The translations under genes were made by a program, and so were the position numbers. A stretch of 64,000 nt of DNA from Bryobacteraceae bacterium. GTDB taxonomy: Bacteria > Acidobacteriota > Terriglobia > Bryobacterales > Bryobacteraceae. The stretch is from assembly GCA_036268375.1 (NCBI GenBank), contig DATAUH010000080.1:2706-66705 (forward strand), written 5' to 3'. Shown here in pieces: positions 1 through 9,071 of the stretch (position 1 is the first letter of the stretch; the number at the start of each line of letters is the position of its first letter). The notes beneath the pieces are model-generated. The model saw only the letters and a list, made by a program, of their open reading frames with translations, was not told the origin of the DNA and searched no databases.

Positions 1-822
1 GACGTCAATGGTCTGTGTACCGCTGGAATCCGTGACGGACGCAGTCGCGACCTTCGTTCCGCCCGCGAAACCGGCGGCGGCTTTCTTAGCATCGTCGGGT
101 GAGATGGTGGCATCCATCTTCGCGTCCTTCAATTTCGTGACCAGGCCATCGACGGCTGCATTATCGGCGCGCAAAGGACGGGGCTTCAGGATTTCCCACT
201 CGTTCTGGCCGTTCTTGCCGAACTCCAGGGGAGCGCCTTTGGCAGTTAGTCCTACGCGCGTGAGTTTGTCGGAATCGAAGGTAAGCAGGCGTTTGTCACG
301 GAGATCGTTCACGCCCTTATCGAGCCCGGTTTTAACAAAACTGAAGACGGTGTAGACGTGGGAATCGTTGGGGAGCTTGGCATAGGCGCCAGAGTTATTG
401 GGCGTATCGTCGCCGACGAGAATTTCGTTGGTTTTGCCGTCTTTGCGGCTCACGGTGACATCGAGGGCCGGGTGGGTGAGGCCGTAGGGGCTGAAATCGG
501 TGGCTTTGTCCTCGATGGTTTTGTCGGCTGTGATGGACGTGAGTGCGGTGGCGAGGGAACTGGACGCGTCGGGATCGGCGCCGAGATCCTTGGGCTGAAC
601 GAGACGCCACTTGCCCGTGGCGCGGCTGATTTCGACGGTATCGCCGTTGGCGTGCTGGATCTTAATGCTTTGGATCTGATCTTCCGGGATTGTAACGATT
701 TTGGTCTCGTTAGTAGCCGGGGTCTTGGCCGCGGAGGCGGCTTCCTTCTTATTGGAATACCAGATCACGCCGCCGAGAACCACGAGCAGTGCGACGGAGA
801 TGAGTAGTCCCTTGGGTTTCAT
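1..822 (-). CDS. DUF4340-like membrane-anchored protein (3' end lies outside the window)
   Basis: The reverse-strand frame is open from ATG (822-820) to the left edge, so it is absent from the ORF track. It reads MKPKGLLISVALLVVLGGVIWYSN (one N-terminal anchor), then IKIQHANGDTVEISRATGKWRLVQPKDLGADPDA... This pattern and its position directly after a GldG-like gene fit DUF4340 partners. Confidence 0.6.
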   Translation of the reverse strand, partial: MKPKGLLISVALLVVLGGVIWYSNKKEAASAAKTPATNETKIVTIPEDQIQSIKIQHANGDTVEISRATGKWRLVQPKDLGADPDASSSLATALTSITADKTIEDKATDFSPYGLTHPALDVTVSRKDGKTNEILVGDDTPNNSGAYAKLPNDSHVYTVFSFVKTGLDKGVNDLRDKRLLTFDSDKLTRVGLTAKGAPLEFGKNGQNEWEILKPRPLRADNAAVDGLVTKLKDAKMDATISPDDAKKAAAGFAGGTKVATASVTDSSGTQTIDV

Positions 823-882
823 GTGAGCCTCAAAATGGGCGCTCGCCGGGCGGGCTTGCGCACGCCCGGAAAGAGGCGCCAG

Positions 883-2316
883 TTATCTACGTTTCCACCA
901 TGCAGCCAAGCCGAAGGCAACCACCGCGCCGGGGAATACCAGGATGCTAAGCCAGAAGATCATGTTCAACTTCTGCGTAGTGACATTCAGCGGGCGGTCT
1001 TCGGTCTCTTTGGGACGGATGGAGATGAGGTCTTCATCCGAAGAAAGCCAGTTGACCATGTTGGAGAACAGATCGCGGTTGCCGAGCTGGCGCGATCCGG
1101 TAAAGCTATTTGTGGCCCAGCTGGAGGAGCCAATCACTACGATACGGCCGGGCGTAGCCCCTGTGAGCGTGCCGGCGGCCGCAAGCGTGAGTGGACCTTT
1201 CTTTCCCTTCTTGGGATCCACCTGCCCACCGGGACCGATTTCGGTTACCGCGATGCTGTCATCGCCGGTACCGAATAGTTTCGTAGCGCTACCCTTTGCG
1301 CCGCTTTTCAGATCGAGCGAGCGCGAGATGGGGAAGGCAGTGGGGACGCGCGTTAGCGGCTGCACGATGGGGTGCGATTCGTATTGCAGGATCATGGGGA
1401 CTTCAGGTCCAAGGCTGAAGATCTGGCCGACGCCGCTGAGGTCGAGGACGAGATCGGCGTTTACGGTGACGCCCCAATCGGCGAGAGCTTTATCCAGGTC
1501 AGGTTGTGCTGCGGCGGCTTCGGTGCGGCCGATCCGCAGAGTCTCATCGAGCATGATGAGCGCGTGGCCGCCGCCTTCGACGTAGTTACGAATAGCATTG
1601 ACAACGGCGGGCGGATAGGCCAGCTGCGGTCCGGCGATGACGAGGACCGTGCAATCTTTGGGAATTTCCACGGAGCCGACGGGAGCGGGTGCTTGTCCGA
1701 CGGAGAGAGATTTGCCCGTTTCAGGTTTGGCGGTGGGCTGCAGTTTCTCTTCACGGACTTTGTAGTTATCGCGTTCGAGCACCTGCTTGAGGACGCTCAT
1801 GCCGGAGGATTCGGTGTCATCGACGGTGTGCTCACCAGCGGCGTTGAGAAAGAGGATGTTGCGGTCGCCGGTTTTGACGACGCGGATGATGGCGCCGGTG
1901 ATCTCTTGTTCGGTGAGGGTCTTGGCGGACTCTTTCTTGGCGCCGTTTTCAACGATGATGGGGGAATCGCTGCGGAAACCGAGAGCGCGCGCGTCCTGCG
2001 GTTTGCGCACGGGATCGATGTATTTGACGTGGATTTCGGGCGAGAGGTTCGAGTAGCGGTCGAGAGTATCGTGCGCGTTAGGAAAGCTGCCAGTTTCGCC
2101 GAAATAGGTGAGAGTGATGTCGTTCTTGAGACCTTTGGCGACCTTTATTGTCTGGTCGGAAAGGCTGAACTGCTTATTGTGAGTGGAATCGTACGACTTA
2201 TCGTAACGGTTGGCGAGAAAGTTAATGGCCCCGAGAACGCCGATAATGACGATCGTATAAATCGTCGCATATCCAGCGAATCTGGCTTGACGCGACTTAG
2301 TCCAGTTAGCCGCCAT
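883..2316 (-). CDS. GldG-like ABC-transporter auxiliary protein (ABC-type uncharacterized transport system)
   Basis: The ORF is 477 aa. Terminal hydrophobic anchors (YTIVIIGVLGAINFLA at the N-terminus, IFWLSILVFPGAVVAFGLAAWW at the C-terminus) flank a large soluble region. There is a 1-nt gap to the upstream permease gene. Confidence 0.7.
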   Translation of the reverse strand: MAANWTKSRQARFAGYATIYTIVIIGVLGAINFLANRYDKSYDSTHNKQFSLSDQTIKVAKGLKNDITLTYFGETGSFPNAHDTLDRYSNLSPEIHVKYIDPVRKPQDARALGFRSDSPIIVENGAKKESAKTLTEQEITGAIIRVVKTGDRNILFLNAAGEHTVDDTESSGMSVLKQVLERDNYKVREEKLQPTAKPETGKSLSVGQAPAPVGSVEIPKDCTVLVIAGPQLAYPPAVVNAIRNYVEGGGHALIMLDETLRIGRTEAAAAQPDLDKALADWGVTVNADLVLDLSGVGQIFSLGPEVPMILQYESHPIVQPLTRVPTAFPISRSLDLKSGAKGSATKLFGTGDDSIAVTEIGPGGQVDPKKGKKGPLTLAAAGTLTGATPGRIVVIGSSSWATNSFTGSRQLGNRDLFSNMVNWLSSDEDLISIRPKETEDRPLNVTTQKLNMIFWLSILVFPGAVVAFGLAAWWKRR

Positions 2317-2317
2317 T

Positions 2318-3085
2318 TTAGGACCTCCACCGTAGCGATTCCATAGATCGCGACGTCAGGAAGAGCGCGAAGAAGATCATGGAGAAGTAAAAGATAACGT
2401 CCTTGATGCTCAACAGACCTTTGGAGAAATTATCCAGGTGGGTCACGATGGACAGATAGCCGACGACTTGGGAAACTACGCCGTTATCGAAGGCTGTGAA
2501 CCAGTTGAGTAAGTAAAGCAACAGGCACACAAAGAAAGTTACGCCTCCGGCGATAATCTGGTTGCGCGTGGTGGTGGAGATGAACTCACCGATGGCGAGC
2601 AGACAGCCGCCCTGCAGGATCAGGCCAAGATAGGCAACGAGGACCGGCTGCAGATCGGGTTTCCCCCACAGGAACAGAATGGCGATATTGATCAGCGACA
2701 TTCCAAGGATGCAGAGAAACAACAACATCGCGCCCAGCCATTTACCGAGTATGATCTCGTTGTCCTTGACGGGAGAAGTGAGGAGTAATTCGATGGTTCC
2801 AGTGCGCTTCTCCTCGGCGATCAGGCGCATCGTGATCATAGGCACGAGGAAGAGCGTGATCGTTCCGGCAAAGCCAAGCAGCGGGCGAATGATGGAATCA
2901 TTGACATTCATGGGCTGCTGCTGGCCCATCATCTGAGACTGCATGCTGAGGCGGATCATGTCGCGCGTCGCGACATAAAAAGTAAATCCGAAGATCAAAC
3001 CGAAGGCGGCCATCAACAAGTAAGCGATGGGCGACGCGAAGTAACTCTTGAGTTCCTTGCCGGCGATGAGAAAGATGTTTTTCAT
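2318..3085 (-). CDS. ABC-2 type permease (GldF-like)
   Basis: The ORF is 255 aa with about 6 hydrophobic spans. It sits between the ATPase and the GldG-like gene with 9-nt and 1-nt gaps. Confidence 0.75.
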   Translation of the reverse strand: MKNIFLIAGKELKSYFASPIAYLLMAAFGLIFGFTFYVATRDMIRLSMQSQMMGQQQPMNVNDSIIRPLLGFAGTITLFLVPMITMRLIAEEKRTGTIELLLTSPVKDNEIILGKWLGAMLLFLCILGMSLINIAILFLWGKPDLQPVLVAYLGLILQGGCLLAIGEFISTTTRNQIIAGGVTFFVCLLLYLLNWFTAFDNGVVSQVVGYLSIVTHLDNFSKGLLSIKDVIFYFSMIFFALFLTSRSMESLRWRS

Positions 3086-3094
3086 GCTTGTCTC

Positions 3095-4105
3095 TTATTG
3101 TGGTTGGACCTCGGCTGGCGTTTCCGGTTCGGCCGGAGCTGCCGGCAGAGCCGACTTCTGTTCAGACGCAGTCAACTGTAGGAAAATATCTTCGAGGCTG
3201 GAGCCGACGGACGCCAATTCGCTGAGATTCCATCCGGCGTTGACTACGGCGCGAGCGAGGTCGGCGCGAATCTGGCGGCCTTGCAGGCTCTCGATTTCGA
3301 AACGGAGGCGGCCGTCTTTGGGCTCTTTGGCGAGGACGCGGCTGACGCCCGAGATCTGCTCCAGACGCTGCTGAGCTTCGGAAACGGTGGGGTTCCCGGC
3401 GCCGGATTCGATTTCAACAGCGATGGCTTCGGAGCCCCGCATGCGGTTGGTGAGGTTGGCGACCGTATCCATTGCCACCACGCGGCCCTGCGTGATGATG
3501 ATGACGCGCTCGCAAGACTGCTCCACTTCCGGCAGGATGTGGGTGCTGAGGATGATGGTGTGATCGCCGGCCAGTGAACGCAGCAGATCACGAATTTCGA
3601 TGATCTGTTTTGGGTCCAGTCCAGAGGTGGGTTCGTCGAGGATAAGCACGTCCGGGTTGTGAATGATGGCTTGGGCTAAGCCGACGCGCTGCCGATAGCC
3701 TTTCGAAAGCTTGCCAATCAGCTTTTCGCGCACATCGCCGAGAGCGCATTTGGCGACCGAATCGTCGACGCGGCGCTTGATGTCTGCGTTCGAGATCCCT
3801 TTGAGGCGGCCGACGAAGTCGAGGTATTCGTCCACGGCCATTTCGGGATACACTGGCGGCGTTTCCGGCAGGTAGCCGATGCGGCGCTTGACCTCCATGG
3901 GGTGCTCCACAACGTCGAAACCGGCGACGTTGGCTTTGCCTTCGGAGGGGGGAAGGAAGCAGGTGAGCATGCGCATTGTGGTGGTTTTTCCGGCGCCGTT
4001 GGGACCGAGAAAGCCCACGATCTGGCCCTTTTCCACCTCGAAAGAGATGTTATCCACCGCGACCGTGCGCGCGTATCGCTTGGTGAGACCTTCGACTTTA
4101 ATCAT
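3095..4105 (-). CDS. ABC transporter ATP-binding protein (GldA-like) with C-terminal extension
   Basis: Walker A is GPNGAGKTT, the signature is LSKGYRQRV and Walker B is VLILDEPTSGLD. The start is placed at MIKVEGLTKRY (4105); the ORF is open to 4156. About 100 extra C-terminal residues end in a Pro/Ala/Glu tail. Confidence 0.85.
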   Translation of the reverse strand: MIKVEGLTKRYARTVAVDNISFEVEKGQIVGFLGPNGAGKTTTMRMLTCFLPPSEGKANVAGFDVVEHPMEVKRRIGYLPETPPVYPEMAVDEYLDFVGRLKGISNADIKRRVDDSVAKCALGDVREKLIGKLSKGYRQRVGLAQAIIHNPDVLILDEPTSGLDPKQIIEIRDLLRSLAGDHTIILSTHILPEVEQSCERVIIITQGRVVAMDTVANLTNRMRGSEAIAVEIESGAGNPTVSEAQQRLEQISGVSRVLAKEPKDGRLRFEIESLQGRQIRADLARAVVNAGWNLSELASVGSSLEDIFLQLTASEQKSALPAAPAEPETPAEVQPQ

Positions 4106-4567
4106 ATTGAGTACCAGACGTGAAAGACCCTGACTGGTTGTTGCATGGTAACGCAACCGGAGGCGCCCGAAGGCATCCGGCGGTAAAAAATGTCTGAAAT
4201 TTCATCATAAGGACGCGCGGCAAGTCTTGTCAAATCAGCGACGGTAAGAATTTGTAAGATGCACAGCCATTTGCGATACCGCCGACGTGCGGTTTTTCCT
4301 TCGGCGTGGAGAGCAAGCCTGTGTAACCGGGCCTTCGGGCGGGGTGGCTAGAGCCTGATGTTTCGCGAATTTGTGAGTTGTGCCCGACTTATCCCCGTTG
4401 CATTAAGGCTCCAGTACGCGTGGGCTTTTCCGACGTCACATCATGGGCCAGTGTCCATAAACCGGAGCCGATGTAACCGCCGCTTACGAGGCGGGCCGGA
4501 CCAAGCGGCGCTGGATTCGCGTGCGAGGCTCTCGTTTCCACCGCTACGTTATCCTCGTATTCTGTCC

Positions 4568-6064
4568 ATGCCGCTGCTGGAAGCTGTTGGCATTTCGAAA
4601 TCCTACTCCGGAGTGCGCGCGCTGAAGAGCGTTTCGTTTGAGCTGTGCGCGGGCGAAGTGCATGCGCTGGTAGGAGAGAATGGCGCGGGCAAATCGACGC
4701 TGATCAAAGTTGTGACGGGCGCGGTGCAACACGACGCGGGGTTGCTACGCATCGAAGGACGTGTGGTAGAGAACCACAACCCGGTACAGGCGCGTGCGCT
4801 GGGAGTCGCGGTGGTGTATCAGCAGCCAGCGCTGTTTCCGGATTTGACGGTGGCGGAGAATATCGCACTGGCGCTGGAATCGGGCGGAGCGTGGAGGCGC
4901 ATTGATTGGAAGGCGCGGGCGCGCGTAACCCGCGAGGTGTTGGCGCGAGCTGGGGCGGAGATTTCGCCGGAGGCGCGGGTGTCGACGCTCAGCATGCCGG
5001 AGCAGCAGATTGTCGAAATCGCAAAAGCCATCGGCGCGAAATCGAAGATTTTGATTCTGGATGAGCCGACGGCTTCGCTGACGGAACGCGAGGTGGAGCG
5101 GCTGTTTCAGGTGATCGCGACGCTGCGGGCGGAGGGCGTGGGAATTGTGTATATCTCGCACCGGTTGGAAGAAGTAGCGGCGATTGCGGACCGCGTGACG
5201 GTGCTGCGGGATGGCGAAACGATCGCGACGTGTCAGGCGAAGGGGCTCTCGCGCGCGGAACTGATCCGCATGATGGTGGGGCGTGAGATCGAGGCGATTT
5301 TTCCGAAGCGCGAAGTGCCAATCGGGGATGTCGCGCTCGAAGTCCGCGGTCTGACGTCTCGCGCAGCGGGTATTCGAGGCGTATCGTTCAAGGTGCGGGC
5401 GGGCGAGATTCTGGGGCTTGCCGGGTTGGTGGGGTCGGGCCGCACGGAATTGGCGGAGACGATCTTTGGACTGAACGAAGCGGACGCGGGCGAGATTGTA
5501 TTGAGCGGAAATACGGTGAGGATTGGTTCGCCGGCGGATGCGATTCGGCACAAGATCGGCTATGTGCCCGAGGATCGGCGGCAGCACGGCGTCGTGATGT
5601 CGATGGCCATTGCGGCTAACGTGAGCCTGGCGAATTTAGACAGCGTGAGCCGCCGCGGGCTGATCGATGGAGCCGTGGAAAACCAACTCGCGCGCAAGTA
5701 TGTGGACCGCCTGAGCGTAAAGACGCCTTCCATTTTTGCCGAAACCGGCTCGCTTTCGGGGGGCAATCAGCAGAAAGTAGCGCTGGCTCGGTGGCTGGCG
5801 ATTGAACCGCGCGTATTGATTCTGGATGAGCCGACACAGGGCGTGGATGTTGGCTCGAAATCGGAGATTCACCGGTTGATTGTCGATCTGGCCGAGCAGG
5901 GTGTGGCGATTGTGATGATCTCGTCGGAGATGCCGGAGATTCTGGGGATGAGCGACCGCATTGCGGTGATGCATGCGGGCCGCATTGCGGGAGTGCTGGG
6001 GCGCGGGGAGGCGACGCAGGAGAAGTTACTGGCTTTGGCGTTGGGCCACGGAGCAAGCAACTGA
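4568..6064 (+). CDS. Sugar ABC importer ATP-binding protein, duplicated cassette (RbsA/RhaT type)
   Basis: Two cassettes are present. The first has GENGAGKST, LSMPEQQIVEIAKA and ILILDEPTASL. The second has GLVGSGRTE, LSGGNQQKV and VLILDEPTQGVD. The start is placed at MPLLEAVGISKSY (ATG 4568); the 70 upstream in-frame codons look non-coding. Confidence 0.85.
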   Translation: MPLLEAVGISKSYSGVRALKSVSFELCAGEVHALVGENGAGKSTLIKVVTGAVQHDAGLLRIEGRVVENHNPVQARALGVAVVYQQPALFPDLTVAENIALALESGGAWRRIDWKARARVTREVLARAGAEISPEARVSTLSMPEQQIVEIAKAIGAKSKILILDEPTASLTEREVERLFQVIATLRAEGVGIVYISHRLEEVAAIADRVTVLRDGETIATCQAKGLSRAELIRMMVGREIEAIFPKREVPIGDVALEVRGLTSRAAGIRGVSFKVRAGEILGLAGLVGSGRTELAETIFGLNEADAGEIVLSGNTVRIGSPADAIRHKIGYVPEDRRQHGVVMSMAIAANVSLANLDSVSRRGLIDGAVENQLARKYVDRLSVKTPSIFAETGSLSGGNQQKVALARWLAIEPRVLILDEPTQGVDVGSKSEIHRLIVDLAEQGVAIVMISSEMPEILGMSDRIAVMHAGRIAGVLGRGEATQEKLLALALGHGASN

Positions 6065-7026
6065 TGCTGCGCAACCGGCAGCGCGAATTTTCAATCGTGA
6101 TTGCGATCCTGGCGATAGCGGCGGTGCTGGCTCTGCTGGCGCCTGCGTTTTTTTCGGTTGCGAACTTGCGCGATCTGGTGCTGGCGAACGTTCCCGTGAT
6201 GATGGTGGCCGTGGGCATGGCGCTGATCGTGCTGACGGCGGAGATCGATATCTCGGTGGGTTCGCAATTTGCGATCGCGAGCGTAGCGGCGGGCGCGTTT
6301 GCGCTGATGGGCCTGCCAACCGTGGCGGCGGTTGGGCTGGCTACGCTGGCGGGAGCGGTGATGGGCGCCATCAACGGCGTTTGTGTTGCGTGGGTGCGGA
6401 TTCCTTCGATCGTGATGACTTTGGCGGCGATGGTGGGGCTGCGCGACGGACTGCGCTGGGTGACGCAAGGAGCCTGGGTGCAAGGCTTGCCGGCGGGCTT
6501 CCACTGGTTTGGCATGTCGCAGGCGGCGAGCGACGCGGTGCTGATCGCGTGCGCGGTGATGATCGCGGTGGCGGCGGGGTGGGCGCTGGGTTATTTGGGA
6601 GCGGGGCGGGCGGTGTATGCGACTGGCTCCGACGCGAACGCGGCGCGGTTGACGGGAATCGACCCGCAACTTGTCGTTTGGACTGTGTTCACGATCACCG
6701 GCGCGTTGACGGGTTTGGCCGCAGGTTTAAACGCGGTGCGATTCGAGCAGATCCCGAGCAACGCGGGTCTCGGCCTGGAATTGAAAGTGATTGCCGCCGT
6801 AGTTGTAGGCGGTGTTGCCATTACCGGCGGGCGCGGAACGATTTTGGGCGCGGTGTTGGGGGTCGTGCTGCTCGGTCTGATCGGGCCGGCACTGACGTTT
6901 CTCGGATTCAGCGCATATTGGGAACGCGCGATTGAAGGTGGCATCATACTGGCCGCGGTGTCGATGGACGCATTAAGTGCGCGATGGAGGCGGAATGCAG
7001 ATCTCGTTGCCGCTCACCACGCATAG
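6064..7026 (+). CDS. CUT2-type sugar ABC permease (RbsC/RhaP-like)
   Basis: The ORF is 320 aa and polytopic, with the motif AEIDISVGS. Its ATG overlaps the TGA of the ATPase gene by 1 nt. Confidence 0.8.
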   Translation: MLRNRQREFSIVIAILAIAAVLALLAPAFFSVANLRDLVLANVPVMMVAVGMALIVLTAEIDISVGSQFAIASVAAGAFALMGLPTVAAVGLATLAGAVMGAINGVCVAWVRIPSIVMTLAAMVGLRDGLRWVTQGAWVQGLPAGFHWFGMSQAASDAVLIACAVMIAVAAGWALGYLGAGRAVYATGSDANAARLTGIDPQLVVWTVFTITGALTGLAAGLNAVRFEQIPSNAGLGLELKVIAAVVVGGVAITGGRGTILGAVLGVVLLGLIGPALTFLGFSAYWERAIEGGIILAAVSMDALSARWRRNADLVAAHHA

Positions 7027-9052
7027 GACCCTGCGGGAGCGTTGGTTCCCGAATGGCGAGTGGGCGCTGGCGCTGGTGCTGGCGTTCGAAATCGCGATTT
7101 TCAGCGCGATTGGCGAGAATTTTTTCTCGGCGGAAAATTTTTTCGAAATCATACGCCTGAGTGTGGAATTGGGCCTGCTTTCGCTGGCGATGACGCCGAT
7201 TGTGATCACCGGCGGCATCGATCTGTCGGTGGGGTCGATGATGGCTTTGGCGGCTGTAGTGTTTGGCGCGGCGTGGTCGAACCTGGGACTGCCGATTGTA
7301 GTGGCGGCGCTACTGGCGTTGTTGACGGGATGCTTGGGCGGCGCGTTGAATGCACTGCTGATCACGCGGCTGGATATTCCACCGCTGATCGTTACGTTGG
7401 GATCGTTTTCGCTCTTTCGTGGTATTGCGGAGGGTATGACGCACGGTGCTGTGAACTACTCCGGCTTCCCCTCCAGCTTTCTTTGGCTGGGGCAAGGGTA
7501 TCTGGCGGGCGTGGCGCCGGTGCAATTTCCGATCTTTCTGATCGCGGTGGCCGCGTATGCGGTGTTGCTGCACCGTTCCGCGATTGGGCGCACGTTGTAC
7601 GCGATCGGGTTCAACGCCGCGGGCGCGCGCTATGCGGGAATTGATGTAAAGCGTCGCGTGGCGATGGTTTACTTCCTCTCGGGGTTGGTGGCGAGCCTGG
7701 CGGCGATCATTTACGTTGCGCACCTGGGGCAGGCGAAATCGGACGCGGGATCGGGATATGAGCTGGCGGCGATTACGGCGGTCGTTCTGGGCGGAACCTC
7801 CGTGTTCGGCGGCCGGGGAACGATTTGGGGCACGATTTTCGGGCTGTTCTCGATTTCGATTTTGCAAAACGGACTGCGTTTGGCGGCTCTGCCGTCAGAG
7901 ATGAGCGGCGTCCTGACGGGCATCGTTTTGATAGGTACAATCGCGCTGGGCAGACTGCGCGGGCGGCCCAAAACGGAAGCCGCTATTATCGATGAAGCCG
8001 ATTCGATGAAGAACTCTCAACTGGCAGTGTTGTGCGGCGTGGTCCTGGCGGGATCGCTGATTGTGGCGGCAACGAACGTGTGGCTGGTGCGGTCGTTGAA
8101 GCCCGTGGGAGAAGGATCGGTTGCTGTGGGAGCGCCGGGCACGGGGCATCGGCCGGTAATTGCCGTGATGCCGAAAGCCAAGGGCGACCCCTACTTTGTG
8201 AGCTGCCGCGTGGGAGCCGAAGAGGCTGCCAAGGAACTCGGTATCGATCTGATTTGGGACGGGCCAACCGGCCTCGATGCGGCGAAGCAGAACGAGGTGA
8301 TCGAAAGCTGGATCACGCGGCGCGTGGACGCGATCGCGGTGAGCGTTGAAAACGCCGCGGGTATATCGACTGTCCTGCGTAAGGCACGGCAGCGCGGAAT
8401 CAAAGTGGTGACATGGGATGCGGACGCAGAAACGGACGCGCGCGACTTCTTTATCAACCAGGCGACGCCCGAAGGCATAGGCGATACGCTGACGGATGAG
8501 GCCGCGCGGTTGATGGGCGGCAAGGGCGATTTCGCGATCGTGACCGGAGCATTGAGCGCGGCGAATCAGAACCTGTGGATAGACGCCATCCGTAAACGCA
8601 TTGCGGAGAAATATCCGAACTTGAAGTTGCTTACGATTCGGCCGAGCGACGATGATCGCGATAAGGCCTTTTCGGAAACGCAGGTGATCTTGAAGGCCTT
8701 TCCCACAGCGAAATTGATCATGTCGATCGCGGCGCCAGCGGTTCCGGGCTCTGCGGAGGCGGTACAGCAAGCAGGCCGCAAGGACGTCTTCGTGATTGGC
8801 CTTTCGCTGCCGAACCTCTGCAAGAAGTATGTCCACGACGGCGTCGTGCAAGCCGTGGTGCTGTGGAATACGCGCGATCTTGGGTACCTGACGGTTTACA
8901 CTTCGACGCTACTGGCACAGAACAAAGTGCCGCCCGGCGTCACAAGCTTGCAAGCAGGGCGACTGGGGACGATCGAGATCAAGGGCAGCGAAGTGATTTT
9001 GGGCAAACCCGTGATCTTCAACAAAGCCAACATCGATCAGTTCAATTTCTAA
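6977..9052 (+). CDS. Fusion protein: CUT2 sugar permease (RhaQ-like), extra TM anchor, and RhaS/LsrB-type periplasmic sugar-binding domain
   Basis: A single 691-codon frame runs without a stop. Residues about 20-325 are permease (GGIDLSVGS, LGGTSVFGGRGTIWGT). A linker ...IIDEADS follows, then an in-frame ATG at 8006 and the hydrophobic segment MKNSQLAVLCGVVLAGSLIVAATNVWLV. After that comes IAVMPKAKGDPYFVSCRVGAEEAAKELG...VTWDADAE, typical of periplasmic binding proteins. The 5' start is ambiguous (6977 or 6995) and overlaps the previous gene. Confidence 0.75.
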   Translation: MRDGGGMQISLPLTTHRTLRERWFPNGEWALALVLAFEIAIFSAIGENFFSAENFFEIIRLSVELGLLSLAMTPIVITGGIDLSVGSMMALAAVVFGAAWSNLGLPIVVAALLALLTGCLGGALNALLITRLDIPPLIVTLGSFSLFRGIAEGMTHGAVNYSGFPSSFLWLGQGYLAGVAPVQFPIFLIAVAAYAVLLHRSAIGRTLYAIGFNAAGARYAGIDVKRRVAMVYFLSGLVASLAAIIYVAHLGQAKSDAGSGYELAAITAVVLGGTSVFGGRGTIWGTIFGLFSISILQNGLRLAALPSEMSGVLTGIVLIGTIALGRLRGRPKTEAAIIDEADSMKNSQLAVLCGVVLAGSLIVAATNVWLVRSLKPVGEGSVAVGAPGTGHRPVIAVMPKAKGDPYFVSCRVGAEEAAKELGIDLIWDGPTGLDAAKQNEVIESWITRRVDAIAVSVENAAGISTVLRKARQRGIKVVTWDADAETDARDFFINQATPEGIGDTLTDEAARLMGGKGDFAIVTGALSAANQNLWIDAIRKRIAEKYPNLKLLTIRPSDDDRDKAFSETQVILKAFPTAKLIMSIAAPAVPGSAEAVQQAGRKDVFVIGLSLPNLCKKYVHDGVVQAVVLWNTRDLGYLTVYTSTLLAQNKVPPGVTSLQAGRLGTIEIKGSEVILGKPVIFNKANIDQFNF

Positions 9053-9071
9053 GCGTCGCGTGCGCGCCGTG

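Noticed and set aside
4358-4567. A 70-codon N-terminal extension of the sugar ABC ATPase ORF.
   Set aside because: The extension (MFREFVSCARLIPVALRLQYAWAFPTSHHG...RCNRRLRGG) has no ABC-protein counterpart. The canonical N-terminus MPLLEAVGISKSY begins at ATG 4568.
4157-4567. I considered whether the long intergenic region hides RNase P RNA, 6S RNA, tmRNA, SRP RNA or a known riboswitch.
   Set aside because: None of the conserved core motifs I know is visible (GAGGAAAGUCC for RNase P, the tmRNA tag and acceptor ends, the SRP GGAA/AGCA loop, the B12 box, TPP CUGAGA). I kept it only as an unexplained leader in the findings.
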